From the NCBI GenBank assembly GCA_001001185.1, contig LCKC01000001.1, forward strand, positions 1 through 43,655: a stretch of DNA of 43,655 nucleotides. The letters are read 5' to 3'. The position numbers and the translations under genes were made by a program. Of the stretch, positions 1 to 8,152 are shown piece after piece; positions within the stretch are counted from its first letter, which is position 1; each line of letters begins with the position of its first letter. The notes beneath the pieces were generated by a model. That model did not search any database. It was not told where the DNA came from and saw nothing but the letters and a program-made list of their open reading frames with translations. Source of the stretch: Parcubacteria group bacterium GW2011_GWB1_45_10. Lineage in GTDB: Bacteria; Patescibacteriota; Minisyncoccia; UBA6257; Brennerbacteraceae.

Positions 1-793
1 CTTTTTGCGTAAAAGCCTCTTGCCCCAACGCCAGGATTTGTTCGGCTTTTTCAAAATCAAAAGTTGAAACATGGGAAATGTACGGTTTGACAATCAAGAG
101 CTTGTCGTTTTCCTGGATGCTTTCCTGAGTGTTGACCATTTCCATTAAGTAAAACAGAACTTTAAAAATCTTCCATTGTGAAGAGTTGGAATCGTCTTTT
201 ATTTCTTCGTGGATATAACCAGGCGCGTACCTGACGTCAACGCCAATGACAAAATCAGCGCCCATTTTAAAGCACTCGTCAACCGGAAAGTTGCTGACAA
301 CGCCGCCGTCAACCAAAAGGTCATTGCCCTTTTTCACCGGGGAAAAAATCACCGGCAGACAGCCGCTGGCCATAACTGCCTCGCCCAGGCTGCCTGATTT
401 TATCTCCACTTTTTTGCCGGTCGTCAAAGAAGTGGCTATCGCGCAAAACTTTTTTTCCAGATCTTCAATTTTGAGCTTGCCGAGCTCCGCATCCAAAAAC
501 TTACTGAAAGCGCTCAAAGAAAAAAGACCGCCATCTTTCCTGACGGATTTGTAAATCTCGCCGACATGCAAAAACTTTCTCCATTTTCCGCCTTTGGCAA
601 GACCAAGCAAAACGTCAAAATCTTTGCCCGCGGCGTACCAGGCGCCGACCAAAGCGCCGATGCTCGTGCCGGCAACGCAAAAAATCGGCAGGCCGAGTTT
701 TTCCAGCTCTTTAATCACGGAGATATGAGCAAGGCCTTTGGCGCCGCCGCCGCTCAAAGCCAAGCCGATTTTCGGAAATTTTTTTGACTCCAT
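1..793 (-). CDS. Patatin-like phospholipase (partial; C-terminus runs off the left edge)
   Basis: Own minus-strand translation from ATG 791-793: MESKKFPKIGLALSGGGAKGLAHISVIKELEKLGLPIFCVAGTSIGALVGAWYAAG... It has a GGGxKG oxyanion motif, a GTSIG (GxSxG) nucleophile and a later DGG Asp motif. I saw no in-frame stop down to position 1. It is missing from the ORF track because it is open-ended. Confidence 0.8.
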   Translation of the reverse strand, partial: MESKKFPKIGLALSGGGAKGLAHISVIKELEKLGLPIFCVAGTSIGALVGAWYAAGKDFDVLLGLAKGGKWRKFLHVGEIYKSVRKDGGLFSLSAFSKFLDAELGKLKIEDLEKKFCAIATSLTTGKKVEIKSGSLGEAVMASGCLPVIFSPVKKGNDLLVDGGVVSNFPVDECFKMGADFVIGVDVRYAPGYIHEEIKDDSNSSQWKIFKVLFYLMEMVNTQESIQENDKLLIVKPYISHVSTFDFEKAEQILALGQEAFTQK

Positions 794-797
794 TAAA

Positions 798-837
798 AAA
801 CTCTCTGAGTTAATGCTCTTATTTTAACAGAGAGTTT
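798..837 (-). terminator. Hairpin overlapping the anti-sigma stop and ending at the patatin start
   Basis: A 10-bp stem (aaactctctg..cagagagttt) with a 20-nt loop. On the coding strand it is followed by ttttaATG. Confidence 0.35.
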
Positions 838-1846
838 ATTTTAATAAAGTCTCTGCTTCAGCCAGCCTGGCTTCAAATTCAGACAGAGAATCAAAAAGCT
901 TAAGTAAATCCTCATCAGAACCTGATTCAGACAAGGCATTGAAAGAAACCTGCCAAGAATCAAGCTCTTGATTTAAAGATCTCAAATTATCCAGAGTCAA
1001 GCTGGTATTTTCCGGCTGGGGCGTGACCAAAGGTTCGCCAGACTCGGTCAGCTCAAGCGCCGTGGTTTTCAAACCGTCGCTCAAGCTTGAGTTCAAGCTG
1101 AAAGCAAGCATTTGACCGCGCGACCTCAACCGCAAAAACTCATTCATCGCTCTTTGCCATTTCTGCCCGTCGTCGGCAAAAATCCTGTTTTTTGTTTCGT
1201 ATTCAAATATTTTTCTTGAAACCAGCTCTTTCATAAAAGAAGAAAAGTTTTCCGCATCAAGATAAACTTCCGGAACAACCGAATCAAATCTCAAAACTTT
1301 CAGCTCGCCGGAAATATTTTCCAGGCGCGATTCAACTTCAAGTAGATAGCCCAAAGTTTCACCGTCGCGTTCAACACTGATTCTCAAAACTTCATTCTGA
1401 ATGCCCGAAAGTTCCTGATTATAGCCGTCAAGAAGCGCTTTTATTTTTGACGGGTCGTTAAGATTGTTTTCTTCAAGGTCTTTGAGTTCGGACAAACGGT
1501 TTAAAGCAAACTTCAGTTTCAAATCAGCTCTTGATTTGGCGTCAAAACTTTGAACGCCAAGCTGGATTTTTTCCCCGACAAGCTTAACCGGATAAAGGAA
1601 AGTGTCCACCGGAATGTTCTGGGTGGCGACCACCATGCCGAAACCAAGGCCCATAAACGCCAAAAGGAAAACGCCAAAACTGGCGGCCAGACGAAAGGCG
1701 CGGAAAAAGAAAATCGGCTCGCTTTTGACGTCGAGAACAATTCTGTTTTCCAAAACCCGCTTGAAGCTTTTCAAATAAGCAAAATCCGGCTGAACCTGTT
1801 TCAACCGTCTCAAGTGGTCAATTAATTGTTTTTCTTTGTCAGTCAT
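836..1846 (-). CDS. Single-pass membrane protein downstream of ECF sigma (putative anti-sigma factor)
   Basis: 336 aa with a short cytoplasmic N-terminus, one TM helix (FRLAASFGVFLLAFMGLGFGMVVA) and a long coiled extracytoplasmic part. It overlaps the sigma gene by 8 nt. Confidence 0.45.
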   Translation of the reverse strand: MTDKEKQLIDHLRRLKQVQPDFAYLKSFKRVLENRIVLDVKSEPIFFFRAFRLAASFGVFLLAFMGLGFGMVVATQNIPVDTFLYPVKLVGEKIQLGVQSFDAKSRADLKLKFALNRLSELKDLEENNLNDPSKIKALLDGYNQELSGIQNEVLRISVERDGETLGYLLEVESRLENISGELKVLRFDSVVPEVYLDAENFSSFMKELVSRKIFEYETKNRIFADDGQKWQRAMNEFLRLRSRGQMLAFSLNSSLSDGLKTTALELTESGEPLVTPQPENTSLTLDNLRSLNQELDSWQVSFNALSESGSDEDLLKLFDSLSEFEARLAEAETLLK

Positions 1847-2372
1847 TTTTCATTAAAGAATCAAGTGATTTCAAAGCCCGGTGGATGGCGACGGTAATCG
1901 CGCCTTTTGATTTGCCCAAGATTTCAGAAATTTCTTCGATCTCAAGTTCATCAACAAACCGAAGAAGCAAAATCTTTCTTTCCTTTTCCTGAAGCCGGTC
2001 AATCTTTTTCATTAAAGACTCAACCTCTTCGGAAACAATGATTTTATCTTCCAGAAGCGGATCTTGAACCAAAGAGTTTTCGTCTTCGGAAACGTCTTGT
2101 TCAAGGCTGGAAACCCGTTTTTTGGAACGGTACCAGTCGACAATCAAGTTATCCGCGGTCCGATAAAGGAAAGATTTTATCTTCTTGATTTTTTTGCCGG
2201 AGTTGAGATAATCCCAGGTTTTCAAAAAAACCTCTGAAGTCAAATCATTCGCCTCTTCTTTCAAGGAAACCCTTAAAAAAATATGCTTCCAAATCAGCGG
2301 CGAATAATAGTCGTAAACCAAAGAAAATCCGCTAACTTGGTCAAGCTTTATATTTTCCGGTTCTCCCTTCAT
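1839..2372 (-). CDS. ECF-type sigma-70 family RNA polymerase sigma factor
   Basis: 177 aa. It has a region-2-like stretch (DLTSEVFLKTWDYL...YRTADNLIVDWYR) and a region-4 HTH (LEIEEISEILGKSKGAITVAIHRALKSL). Confidence 0.8.
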   Translation of the reverse strand: MKGEPENIKLDQVSGFSLVYDYYSPLIWKHIFLRVSLKEEANDLTSEVFLKTWDYLNSGKKIKKIKSFLYRTADNLIVDWYRSKKRVSSLEQDVSEDENSLVQDPLLEDKIIVSEEVESLMKKIDRLQEKERKILLLRFVDELEIEEISEILGKSKGAITVAIHRALKSLDSLMKND

Positions 2373-2412
2373 ATTAAAGACGTAAAAGCAGACTAAAAAT
2401 TACACTGAATAA

Positions 2413-3120
2413 TTAAGAAAAACGCAAGTGTTTATCCCACTTTTTGTAAAGCTCCGAGGTCGCAAAAACGTCGCCCATGCAGTATTTGGCTATTTCCAGG
2501 AACTTTCCTTCGTCAAAAAGCCGGCCGACGTCGTCTCCGGAAACGCCGCCCTGCTTTGGCGACTCAATCCCGAAAGCCTTGGTCCAGAAATGCAAACCGA
2601 GATAATCGTTTTTGGCGCCGTAAAATCCGAGCTCATCAGCCAGGTCAACATGCTTGGCGAACATCGGCTGGAGACTGAGATAACGATTGTGCATCAGGTT
2701 CTTGCCCGGCTTAATCTGGTTGACCGCCGATCTGACCATCAACATCGGCATGTCAAAGCTTTTGCCGTTGAAAGTAATAAACTCCTCATAGCCCATGGCC
2801 AACTGCCAGAACTTTTCCAAAAGTTCTTTTTCTGTCTGAAACGCCAGATACTCAATGTTGTTTTCTTCAAATTTTGCGATTGGCGTCCGCGACTGAAAAA
2901 TCGCCACGCCTTTGTTTGTTTCAGGATTCAGCATGCCGATGGCGACAATTTCCGACAGCGGCGGGAAAAAAGTCAGCTTGTCTTTAAGATCCTGAAGTTC
3001 GTCTTCGTCTTTCGCCCGCTTCTTGAATCTGGTTTCCAAAATTTCCTTGGAAAGCTCGTCAAGTCCGTCAAATTTTTTGCCGATTGTTTCAATGTCCAAA
3101 ACCAATTTATTTGCCGTCAT
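2413..3120 (-). CDS. RNase H-fold 3'-5' exonuclease (PolB-exonuclease-like)
   Basis: 235 aa with an N-terminal LVLDIETIG (DxE ExoI motif) and a C-terminal YCMGDV (ExoIII-like). It overlaps the upstream gene by a 4-nt ATGA. Confidence 0.6.
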   Translation of the reverse strand: MTANKLVLDIETIGKKFDGLDELSKEILETRFKKRAKDEDELQDLKDKLTFFPPLSEIVAIGMLNPETNKGVAIFQSRTPIAKFEENNIEYLAFQTEKELLEKFWQLAMGYEEFITFNGKSFDMPMLMVRSAVNQIKPGKNLMHNRYLSLQPMFAKHVDLADELGFYGAKNDYLGLHFWTKAFGIESPKQGGVSGDDVGRLFDEGKFLEIAKYCMGDVFATSELYKKWDKHLRFS

Positions 3121-3545
3121 GTTTTTTTATTTTTTAAAATATTTTCCGCTTGTTCAACCCGATCGACACGACCAAGTTTTTGATAAGCCAAAATCTCTTC
3201 GGGCAGACACATGCACGGAGCCAAAATTCCGGAAAACTCCACGTTTTCTTTTTTTTGCAGGCAACCCGGATCCCTCAAGGGATCGACTCCGGCAATCATC
3301 GCCTCAACCTCAACGCCCTGATAACTGTAAACAATCTTGTTTTCCTTAATCAGCGGCTCCTGACCGATTTCTTTCGTCAAAACTGTTTTCAATCCTTCAA
3401 AGTCTTTTTCTTCAACCAGAATATCAATGTCCCGCGGATTAAGTTTGGCGCCCCGGATAAAAAGGCTGGCGGAGCCGATGAAACAATAATCAACTTCTTT
3501 GAGCTTTTCAACCAGAAACAAAATTGTTTGGTTCAGTTCGTTCAT
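3117..3545 (-). CDS. Small Pol-beta-superfamily nucleotidyltransferase
   Basis: 142 aa. The pattern FIGSASLFIRG...PRDIDILV matches the GS...DxD minimal nucleotidyltransferase signature. Confidence 0.5.
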   Translation of the reverse strand: MNELNQTILFLVEKLKEVDYCFIGSASLFIRGAKLNPRDIDILVEEKDFEGLKTVLTKEIGQEPLIKENKIVYSYQGVEVEAMIAGVDPLRDPGCLQKKENVEFSGILAPCMCLPEEILAYQKLGRVDRVEQAENILKNKKT

Positions 3546-3546
3546 T

Positions 3547-4314
3547 TTAAAAATAATTCAGCTGTTTCAAATAATTCTCATTTTCCCACTCCCACAAGCG
3601 TTTGGCCGCCAGAAAGGCTTCAAAATCGCTTTCAAAATTGTCCAGCTTTTTCAGCTCCCATTCGCCGACCTCGTCAGACCATTCGTGAAAACAGCTTTGG
3701 ATGCCGCCGCGAATTTTGGCGTTGCCGCCTTTATTTCTTTTTTTTGCCCCGCAGATTAAACACGACTGCTGCTGGTCAAGTCTTAAGATCCAGCGGCTTT
3801 TAAGTTCTTTTTTGGGAATCCCTTCCCAGGGCTCGTCTTCCTGCAAAGCGCCGAGATAGGCCGCAGTCTGAAGATTGTAGTCGCGCCAGATCCCCGAAGA
3901 AGTTTTGATGTCCAAAACCCCGAACTCATCATCAAGCTCAGCCAAAACGTCAACTGTGCCGGCAAAACAGTGTTTCGGGCTCCAGATTCTTTTCTCAATC
4001 GCGCCGCCGTCAAGCCTGAGCTTGTGCAGCTGGGCAAAATCATTAAAAGCCTGGACTGCCGGCTTAATCTCCGGATCAACGGTTAAAGCTTCATTTTTTA
4101 AAATCGCTTCAATGGCGTTGTGAATCTTCGTCCCCTGAGTCGCGGACTTGTCCGTGATTGACTGGGCGGCGCTGTAGTTTTTGGCTTCCCCGTAAAATCT
4201 CAAAAGAGCCGGCTTGGCTTTAATGCTAATGATTGAGGTAACGCGCGGATACCATTTGCCGTTAATCAGATAACCGGCGTAACTGACAAACTCTTCAAAG
4301 TTTCGGTGTTCCAT
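3547..4314 (-). CDS. PD-(D/E)XK (Cas4/RecB-like) nuclease
   Basis: GTVDVL...GVLDIKTS...YNLQTAAY gives a D..(D/E)xK core plus QxxxY. A Cys-rich stretch lies near the C-terminus (CLICGAKK...SCFHEW). I prefer the ATG at 4312-4314 (MEHRNF..., 4 nt after the upstream stop) over the TTG at 4344 used by the ORF track. Confidence 0.6.
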   Translation of the reverse strand: MEHRNFEEFVSYAGYLINGKWYPRVTSIISIKAKPALLRFYGEAKNYSAAQSITDKSATQGTKIHNAIEAILKNEALTVDPEIKPAVQAFNDFAQLHKLRLDGGAIEKRIWSPKHCFAGTVDVLAELDDEFGVLDIKTSSGIWRDYNLQTAAYLGALQEDEPWEGIPKKELKSRWILRLDQQQSCLICGAKKRNKGGNAKIRGGIQSCFHEWSDEVGEWELKKLDNFESDFEAFLAAKRLWEWENENYLKQLNYF

Positions 4315-4318
4315 AAGA

Positions 4319-4525
4319 TTAGTTGGTTGGCGGCGGGACGTCAAACGTCCCAGCCCCGTTTGACGGCGGCGGGCCTTTTGGCGGCGACACCCTGGGCGTC
4401 CCCTGCGGAAATTTCAAGCCGTTTGCCGGCGCCTGAACTTCGGGTCTGGAAACCAAGGACAGAAAAATAAAGTAAAGCAAAGCCAAAAATAAAGCAAACA
4501 AAATTATCTTGCCAATAACTTTCAT
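4319..4525 (-). CDS. Small hypothetical membrane/secreted Pro-rich protein (68 aa)
   Basis: MKVIGKIILFALFLALLYFIFLSL is a signal/anchor followed by a Pro/Gly-rich tail. The ATG at 4523-4525 lies 7 nt after a TATAAT box. The tracked GTG start at 4555 reads into an inverted-repeat arm. Confidence 0.4.
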   Translation of the reverse strand: MKVIGKIILFALFLALLYFIFLSLVSRPEVQAPANGLKFPQGTPRVSPPKGPPPSNGAGTFDVPPPTN

Positions 4526-4532
4526 GATTAAG

Positions 4533-4538
4533 ATTATA
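4533..4538 (-). promoter_or_regulatory. -10 box (TATAAT) 7 nt upstream of the small-protein ATG
   Basis: The coding strand reads gtgTTATAATcttaatcATG. The -35 region would fall inside the repeat arm. Confidence 0.4.
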
Positions 4539-4547
4539 ACACGTTCA

Positions 4548-4694
4548 CCCCTCACTTAGTTAAGACCTTCTTGTTTTCAGTGTTAATTGATTAACTTTAT
4601 CTAAAGAATAGGTGCGCTGTTCTGACCTTAACAAGCTTACAGTCATGTTAAAAACCAACCAAGACAATAACACTTATCTTAACTAGATGAGGGG
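4548..4694. repeat. 147-bp inverted-repeat-bounded intergenic cassette with TGAA/ttca flanks
   Basis: The arms are cccctcacttagttaaga (4548-4565) and tcttaactagatgagggg (4677-4694), 18 bp with 2 central mismatches. ttca lies at 4544-4547 and at 4695-4698. Confidence 0.6.
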
Positions 4695-4706
4695 TTCAGC
4701 GCTGAT

Positions 4707-5885
4707 TTAGGGCGCTTCCGGAAAACCGAAATCAGATTCAATCTCCAGTAAGCGGTTGTATTTTGCCAATCTCTCGCCCTGGTAAAAAGCGCCGAACTTC
4801 ACAAAATCCGCGTTCACGCCGACTGCCAGGTCAGCCAGATAGTCGTCATTTGTTTCTTGCGACCGGTGGGAAACCACAATTTTCAAACCATTGGCTCTCG
4901 CCAGCTGCACGGTTTCCAAAGTTTCCGTCAGAGTGCCGACCTGGTCGGGCTTGATAATAATGCCGTTAATCATTTTCTGACCGAGAACTTCTTTCAGTTT
5001 TTTCGGATTGGTCACCGTCAGGTCGTCGCCGACAATCAAAGACTGGTTGCCAATCTCCGATAATAATTTCTGCCAATATTCATTAAAGCCTTCTTCGGGA
5101 AAAGGATCCTCAAAATACGAAAACGGATAATTTTTCTGGAACTCCAGATATTCTTTCATGTATTTTTCCGGCTCAAAACCGGAAATATTGTTTGCCGCGG
5201 CATCAATGCCCAGCCGGTCGCCCAAAGAGATTTTTTGAGCGAGCAGGTCCAGAACTTCTTTTTCAGACCGAAAATCAATGTCAAAGCCGCCTTCGTCTCC
5301 GTAGTTAACTTCTTTTTTTTCCGATTCAAAAAACTTCGCCAAACCGTCAAAAAACCGGTCAAGGCTTTCAATCTGGTCTTTGACTGATTTTTCTTTGGCA
5401 AGCAAAAGATGTTCCTGAACCGGCAAATGATTTTTTGCGTGAACGCCGCCTTCAATAATGTTAAACAAAATCTTCGGCGACTGATAAGAAAAACCGCCCC
5501 CGGCGGAAAAAAGTTCCGCCAGATGCTCAAAAAGCTGTTTTTTTCCTGATTGGGCCGCCAATTTCGCGCAGGCAAAGCTGACGCCGAGCATGACATTTCC
5601 GCCAAGTTTTTCTTTCTGAAAACTCGGGTCAAGCTCAATCATTTTCTTGTCAATCCCAGCCTGGTCAAAAACATCCATGCCGGACAAAATCGCGGTCAGC
5701 TCCCCTGACTTCAAAACTGCCTGGTCTGGCTCAAGATATTTGGCTTCGTATTTCCCTTCTGATTTGCCAAACGCGACAAACGCGTCGCTTGACGCGCCAG
5801 TGTCGTCAAAAACCGCCACCCTGATAGTTTCCGAACTGCGAAACCCCAAGGCTTTTTGAATCTGAATTTTTTGTATTTTCGCCAT
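4707..5885 (-). CDS. eno: Enolase (phosphopyruvate hydratase), short divergent form
   Basis: The motifs GDEGGF, VGDDLTVTN, IKPDQVGTLTET, SHRSQETNDDYLADLAV and ERLAKYNRLLEIE align with canonical enolase signatures. It is 392 aa versus about 430 typical. Confidence 0.85.
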   Translation of the reverse strand: MAKIQKIQIQKALGFRSSETIRVAVFDDTGASSDAFVAFGKSEGKYEAKYLEPDQAVLKSGELTAILSGMDVFDQAGIDKKMIELDPSFQKEKLGGNVMLGVSFACAKLAAQSGKKQLFEHLAELFSAGGGFSYQSPKILFNIIEGGVHAKNHLPVQEHLLLAKEKSVKDQIESLDRFFDGLAKFFESEKKEVNYGDEGGFDIDFRSEKEVLDLLAQKISLGDRLGIDAAANNISGFEPEKYMKEYLEFQKNYPFSYFEDPFPEEGFNEYWQKLLSEIGNQSLIVGDDLTVTNPKKLKEVLGQKMINGIIIKPDQVGTLTETLETVQLARANGLKIVVSHRSQETNDDYLADLAVGVNADFVKFGAFYQGERLAKYNRLLEIESDFGFPEAP

Positions 5886-5892
5886 TATTTCT

Positions 5893-5921
5893 ATTATAGT
5901 TATTTATTGCTCTCATAGCAA
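5893..5921 (-). promoter_or_regulatory. eno promoter (TTGCTA-17-TATAAT), leaderless configuration
   Basis: The -10 at 5893-5898 lies 7 nt from the eno ATG (5885). The -35 is at 5916-5921. Confidence 0.55.
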
Positions 5922-5943
5922 TCATTCTCAGTGGTCACTTTGA

Positions 5944-6082
5944 GCAAAAACTCACAAGCTTTTTCGCGGTTTTGCGACACAGCGGGCAGGGTGTCCCGCC
6001 TTTAGCGGGACGAGCGAGGAGTAATACCAACAAAACTCCACGCTGGGGAGTTTTGTGTAGAAAAAGGCTTGTGAGTTTCTGC
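5944..6082. repeat. 139-bp inverted-repeat-bounded intergenic cassette (lysS-eno spacer)
   Basis: The arms are gcaaaaactcacaagc (5944-5959) and gcttgtgagtttctgc (6067-6082). Internal hairpins include caaaactcc/ggagttttg and gcggg/cccgc. Confidence 0.55.
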
Positions 6083-6087
6083 GAACT

Positions 6088-7536
6088 CTATTCTTTTGGC
6101 CTCATTAACGGAAAAATCTGGCACTCTCTCATGGTTTTGTTCTCCAGAAAAGCAAACAGCCTTTCGCTCATGCCAAAACCGCAGGTCGGCGGCATGCCAT
6201 ACTCCAAAGCCTCAACAAAATCTTTGTCATCCATCTGCGCTTCTTCGTCGCCGGACTCTCTCAGTTTTTGCTGTTCAGTGAACCGGCCAGCCTGGTCAAT
6301 CGGATCATTAAGCTCGCTGTAGCCGTTGCCAAGCTCTGACCCGGCAATAATCACCTGGAACCTTTCCGTCAGTTCAAGATCATCAGGCTTTCTTTTCGCC
6401 AAAGGCGAGATTGACACCGGCACGTGGACTAAAAACCCCGGGCCTTTTATCTGTTTGCGGCAATATTTCCAAAGATTATCAATCCCCCGTGTCAGGCTGA
6501 AACCCTGCTTTGAATAATCAACTTTAAGCTCTTTGAGTTTTTTCTCAATTTCTTTGAGACTGGTTTTGGTCACGTCAACGCCAGTCATTTTTTTGACGGT
6601 TTCAACGTAATCGTAAACTTCCCACGGCTTTCCCAGATCAATCTCATATTTTCCGATTTTGAATTTTTGCGTGCCAAAAGTTTTTTGGGCAACGCTCTTT
6701 ATCATTTCTTCAACCAGGGCCATACCGTCCAAATAGCTCGCGTAAGCCCAATAAAACTCCATCTGCGAATAATCCTGAAGATGCTCCGCGTCCATGCCTT
6801 CATTTCTGAACTGCCGGCCGATCTCAAAAGTTTTTTCAAAACCGGCAACCATCAGTCTTTTCTGCCAAAGCTCGCCCATTGAGATTCTCAAGTAAACGTC
6901 AATATCAAGCGCGTAATGATGAGTTTGAAAAGGCCTGGCGTCGGCGCCGCCCGTCGTCGTTTCCAAAACCGGCGTTTCCACTTCAACAAATCCTTTTCCA
7001 ACCAAAAAATCCCTGGTCGCCTGCCAAAACCTGGCTTTACGCAAAAAAAGGTCTCTCAACTCCGGGTTGAGCAAAAAATCAACATATCTTTTTCTTAAAC
7101 GCTCTTCTTCATCTTTCAAGCCAAACCACTCGCTCGGCAAAGGCCGCAAAGACTTTGTCAAAAGCTGCATCTTTGAAACTTCAACCGAAATCTCGCCCGC
7201 CTGAGTTTTGAAAACTTTGCCTTGAGCCGCCAAAAAATCTCCGCTGTCAAAAAACTCAAGCAGCTCAAAATCTTTTTCCAGATTTTTTTTGGAAAAAAAC
7301 AGCTGGATCTTGCCGGACTCGTCTTTAATGTCCAAAAAAGCCATTGCCCCGTGTTTCCGGATTGACCAAAGCCGTCCGCAAACCAAAACCTGCTTACCCA
7401 AAGAATCACGGGCGGTTTCTATTTTCCCGACTTTGCCTTTAAGCTCGATTCTTGGCGGAAACGGATTAATGCCTCTTTTTTTCAGCTCCTCAAGCTTTTC
7501 TTTTCGCGCTTTGATTAACTCCTCGAGACTAGCCAT
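6088..7536 (-). CDS. lysS: Lysyl-tRNA synthetase, class II
   Basis: 482 aa with an N-terminal OB anticodon-binding domain and class II motifs (FRNEGMD..., ELGNGYSELNDP, GMPPTCGFGMSERL). Confidence 0.95.
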   Translation of the reverse strand: MASLEELIKARKEKLEELKKRGINPFPPRIELKGKVGKIETARDSLGKQVLVCGRLWSIRKHGAMAFLDIKDESGKIQLFFSKKNLEKDFELLEFFDSGDFLAAQGKVFKTQAGEISVEVSKMQLLTKSLRPLPSEWFGLKDEEERLRKRYVDFLLNPELRDLFLRKARFWQATRDFLVGKGFVEVETPVLETTTGGADARPFQTHHYALDIDVYLRISMGELWQKRLMVAGFEKTFEIGRQFRNEGMDAEHLQDYSQMEFYWAYASYLDGMALVEEMIKSVAQKTFGTQKFKIGKYEIDLGKPWEVYDYVETVKKMTGVDVTKTSLKEIEKKLKELKVDYSKQGFSLTRGIDNLWKYCRKQIKGPGFLVHVPVSISPLAKRKPDDLELTERFQVIIAGSELGNGYSELNDPIDQAGRFTEQQKLRESGDEEAQMDDKDFVEALEYGMPPTCGFGMSERLFAFLENKTMRECQIFPLMRPKE

Positions 7537-7675
7537 CCCTGTAGTAGAATTTTGACCAATCGCTTATTTAGGCGATTAACCTTTATTTAAGTTAATTATA
7601 CTATCTCTACAAATTACCCTGCAGATCTGAATCTCGACGCGATAATGAAAAAACTGTCAAAATTACACTACAGGG
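7537..7675. repeat. 139-bp inverted-repeat cassette, copy A (abuts lysS ATG)
   Basis: The arms are ccctgtagtagaattttgac (7537-7556) and gtcaaaattacactacaggg (7656-7675), 20 bp with a central 2-nt mismatch. It is about 90 percent identical to copy B by eye. Confidence 0.75.
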
Positions 7676-7677
7676 TT

Positions 7678-8151
7678 CTAAGATATTTTTATGATTTTAT
7701 AATCTATTTTCTTACCCAAAAGATTGGTAACAAAAACCTGGTCGCCGGCTTTTTTGCCCAAAAGCGTCTGTCCAAGCGGAGATTCGTTGGAAATAAACCC
7801 TTTGCCCGGATCTGACTCTTCAGAACCGACAATCGTGAACTCCATTTTTTTGACACCCTGTTTCACCTCAACGGTCGAGCCGATGGCCACGGTCGTTGAG
7901 TTTTGCCTTTTTTTAATCACCGCCGCCCTTTTAATCAAGTCTTCAAGCTCCAAAATCCTGCCTTCGTTCATGGCTTGAGCTTCTCTGGCTGACTCGTAAG
8001 CCGGGCTGTCAGTGATATCGCCGGCCTCAACCGCCTCCTTGATTCTGTCGGCGATTTTCTTCCTTTCAATGTTTTTCAAAGCGTCAAGCTTGACTCTCAA
8101 ATTCTCCAAGCCCTCCTGAGAAACGTAATAAGGTTTGTTTTCCGTATCCAT
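7678..8151 (-). CDS. greA: Transcription elongation factor GreA
   Basis: MDTENKPYYVSQEGLENLRVKLDAL... has the coiled-coil N-domain with acidic tip residues and a C-terminal globular domain. I use the ATG at 8149-8151 (157 aa). The tracked TTG at 8175 would read through the repeat arm. Confidence 0.9.
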   Translation of the reverse strand: MDTENKPYYVSQEGLENLRVKLDALKNIERKKIADRIKEAVEAGDITDSPAYESAREAQAMNEGRILELEDLIKRAAVIKKRQNSTTVAIGSTVEVKQGVKKMEFTIVGSEESDPGKGFISNESPLGQTLLGKKAGDQVFVTNLLGKKIDYKIIKIS

Positions 8152-8152
8152 G

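Noticed and set aside
2428-3803. Long plus-strand ORFs (251 aa, 217 aa, 108 aa) opposite the exonuclease/nucleotidyltransferase genes
   Set aside because: They are shadow ORFs antisense to genes with recognisable catalytic motifs. Their translations are Phe/Leu/Lys-rich low-complexity with no motifs.
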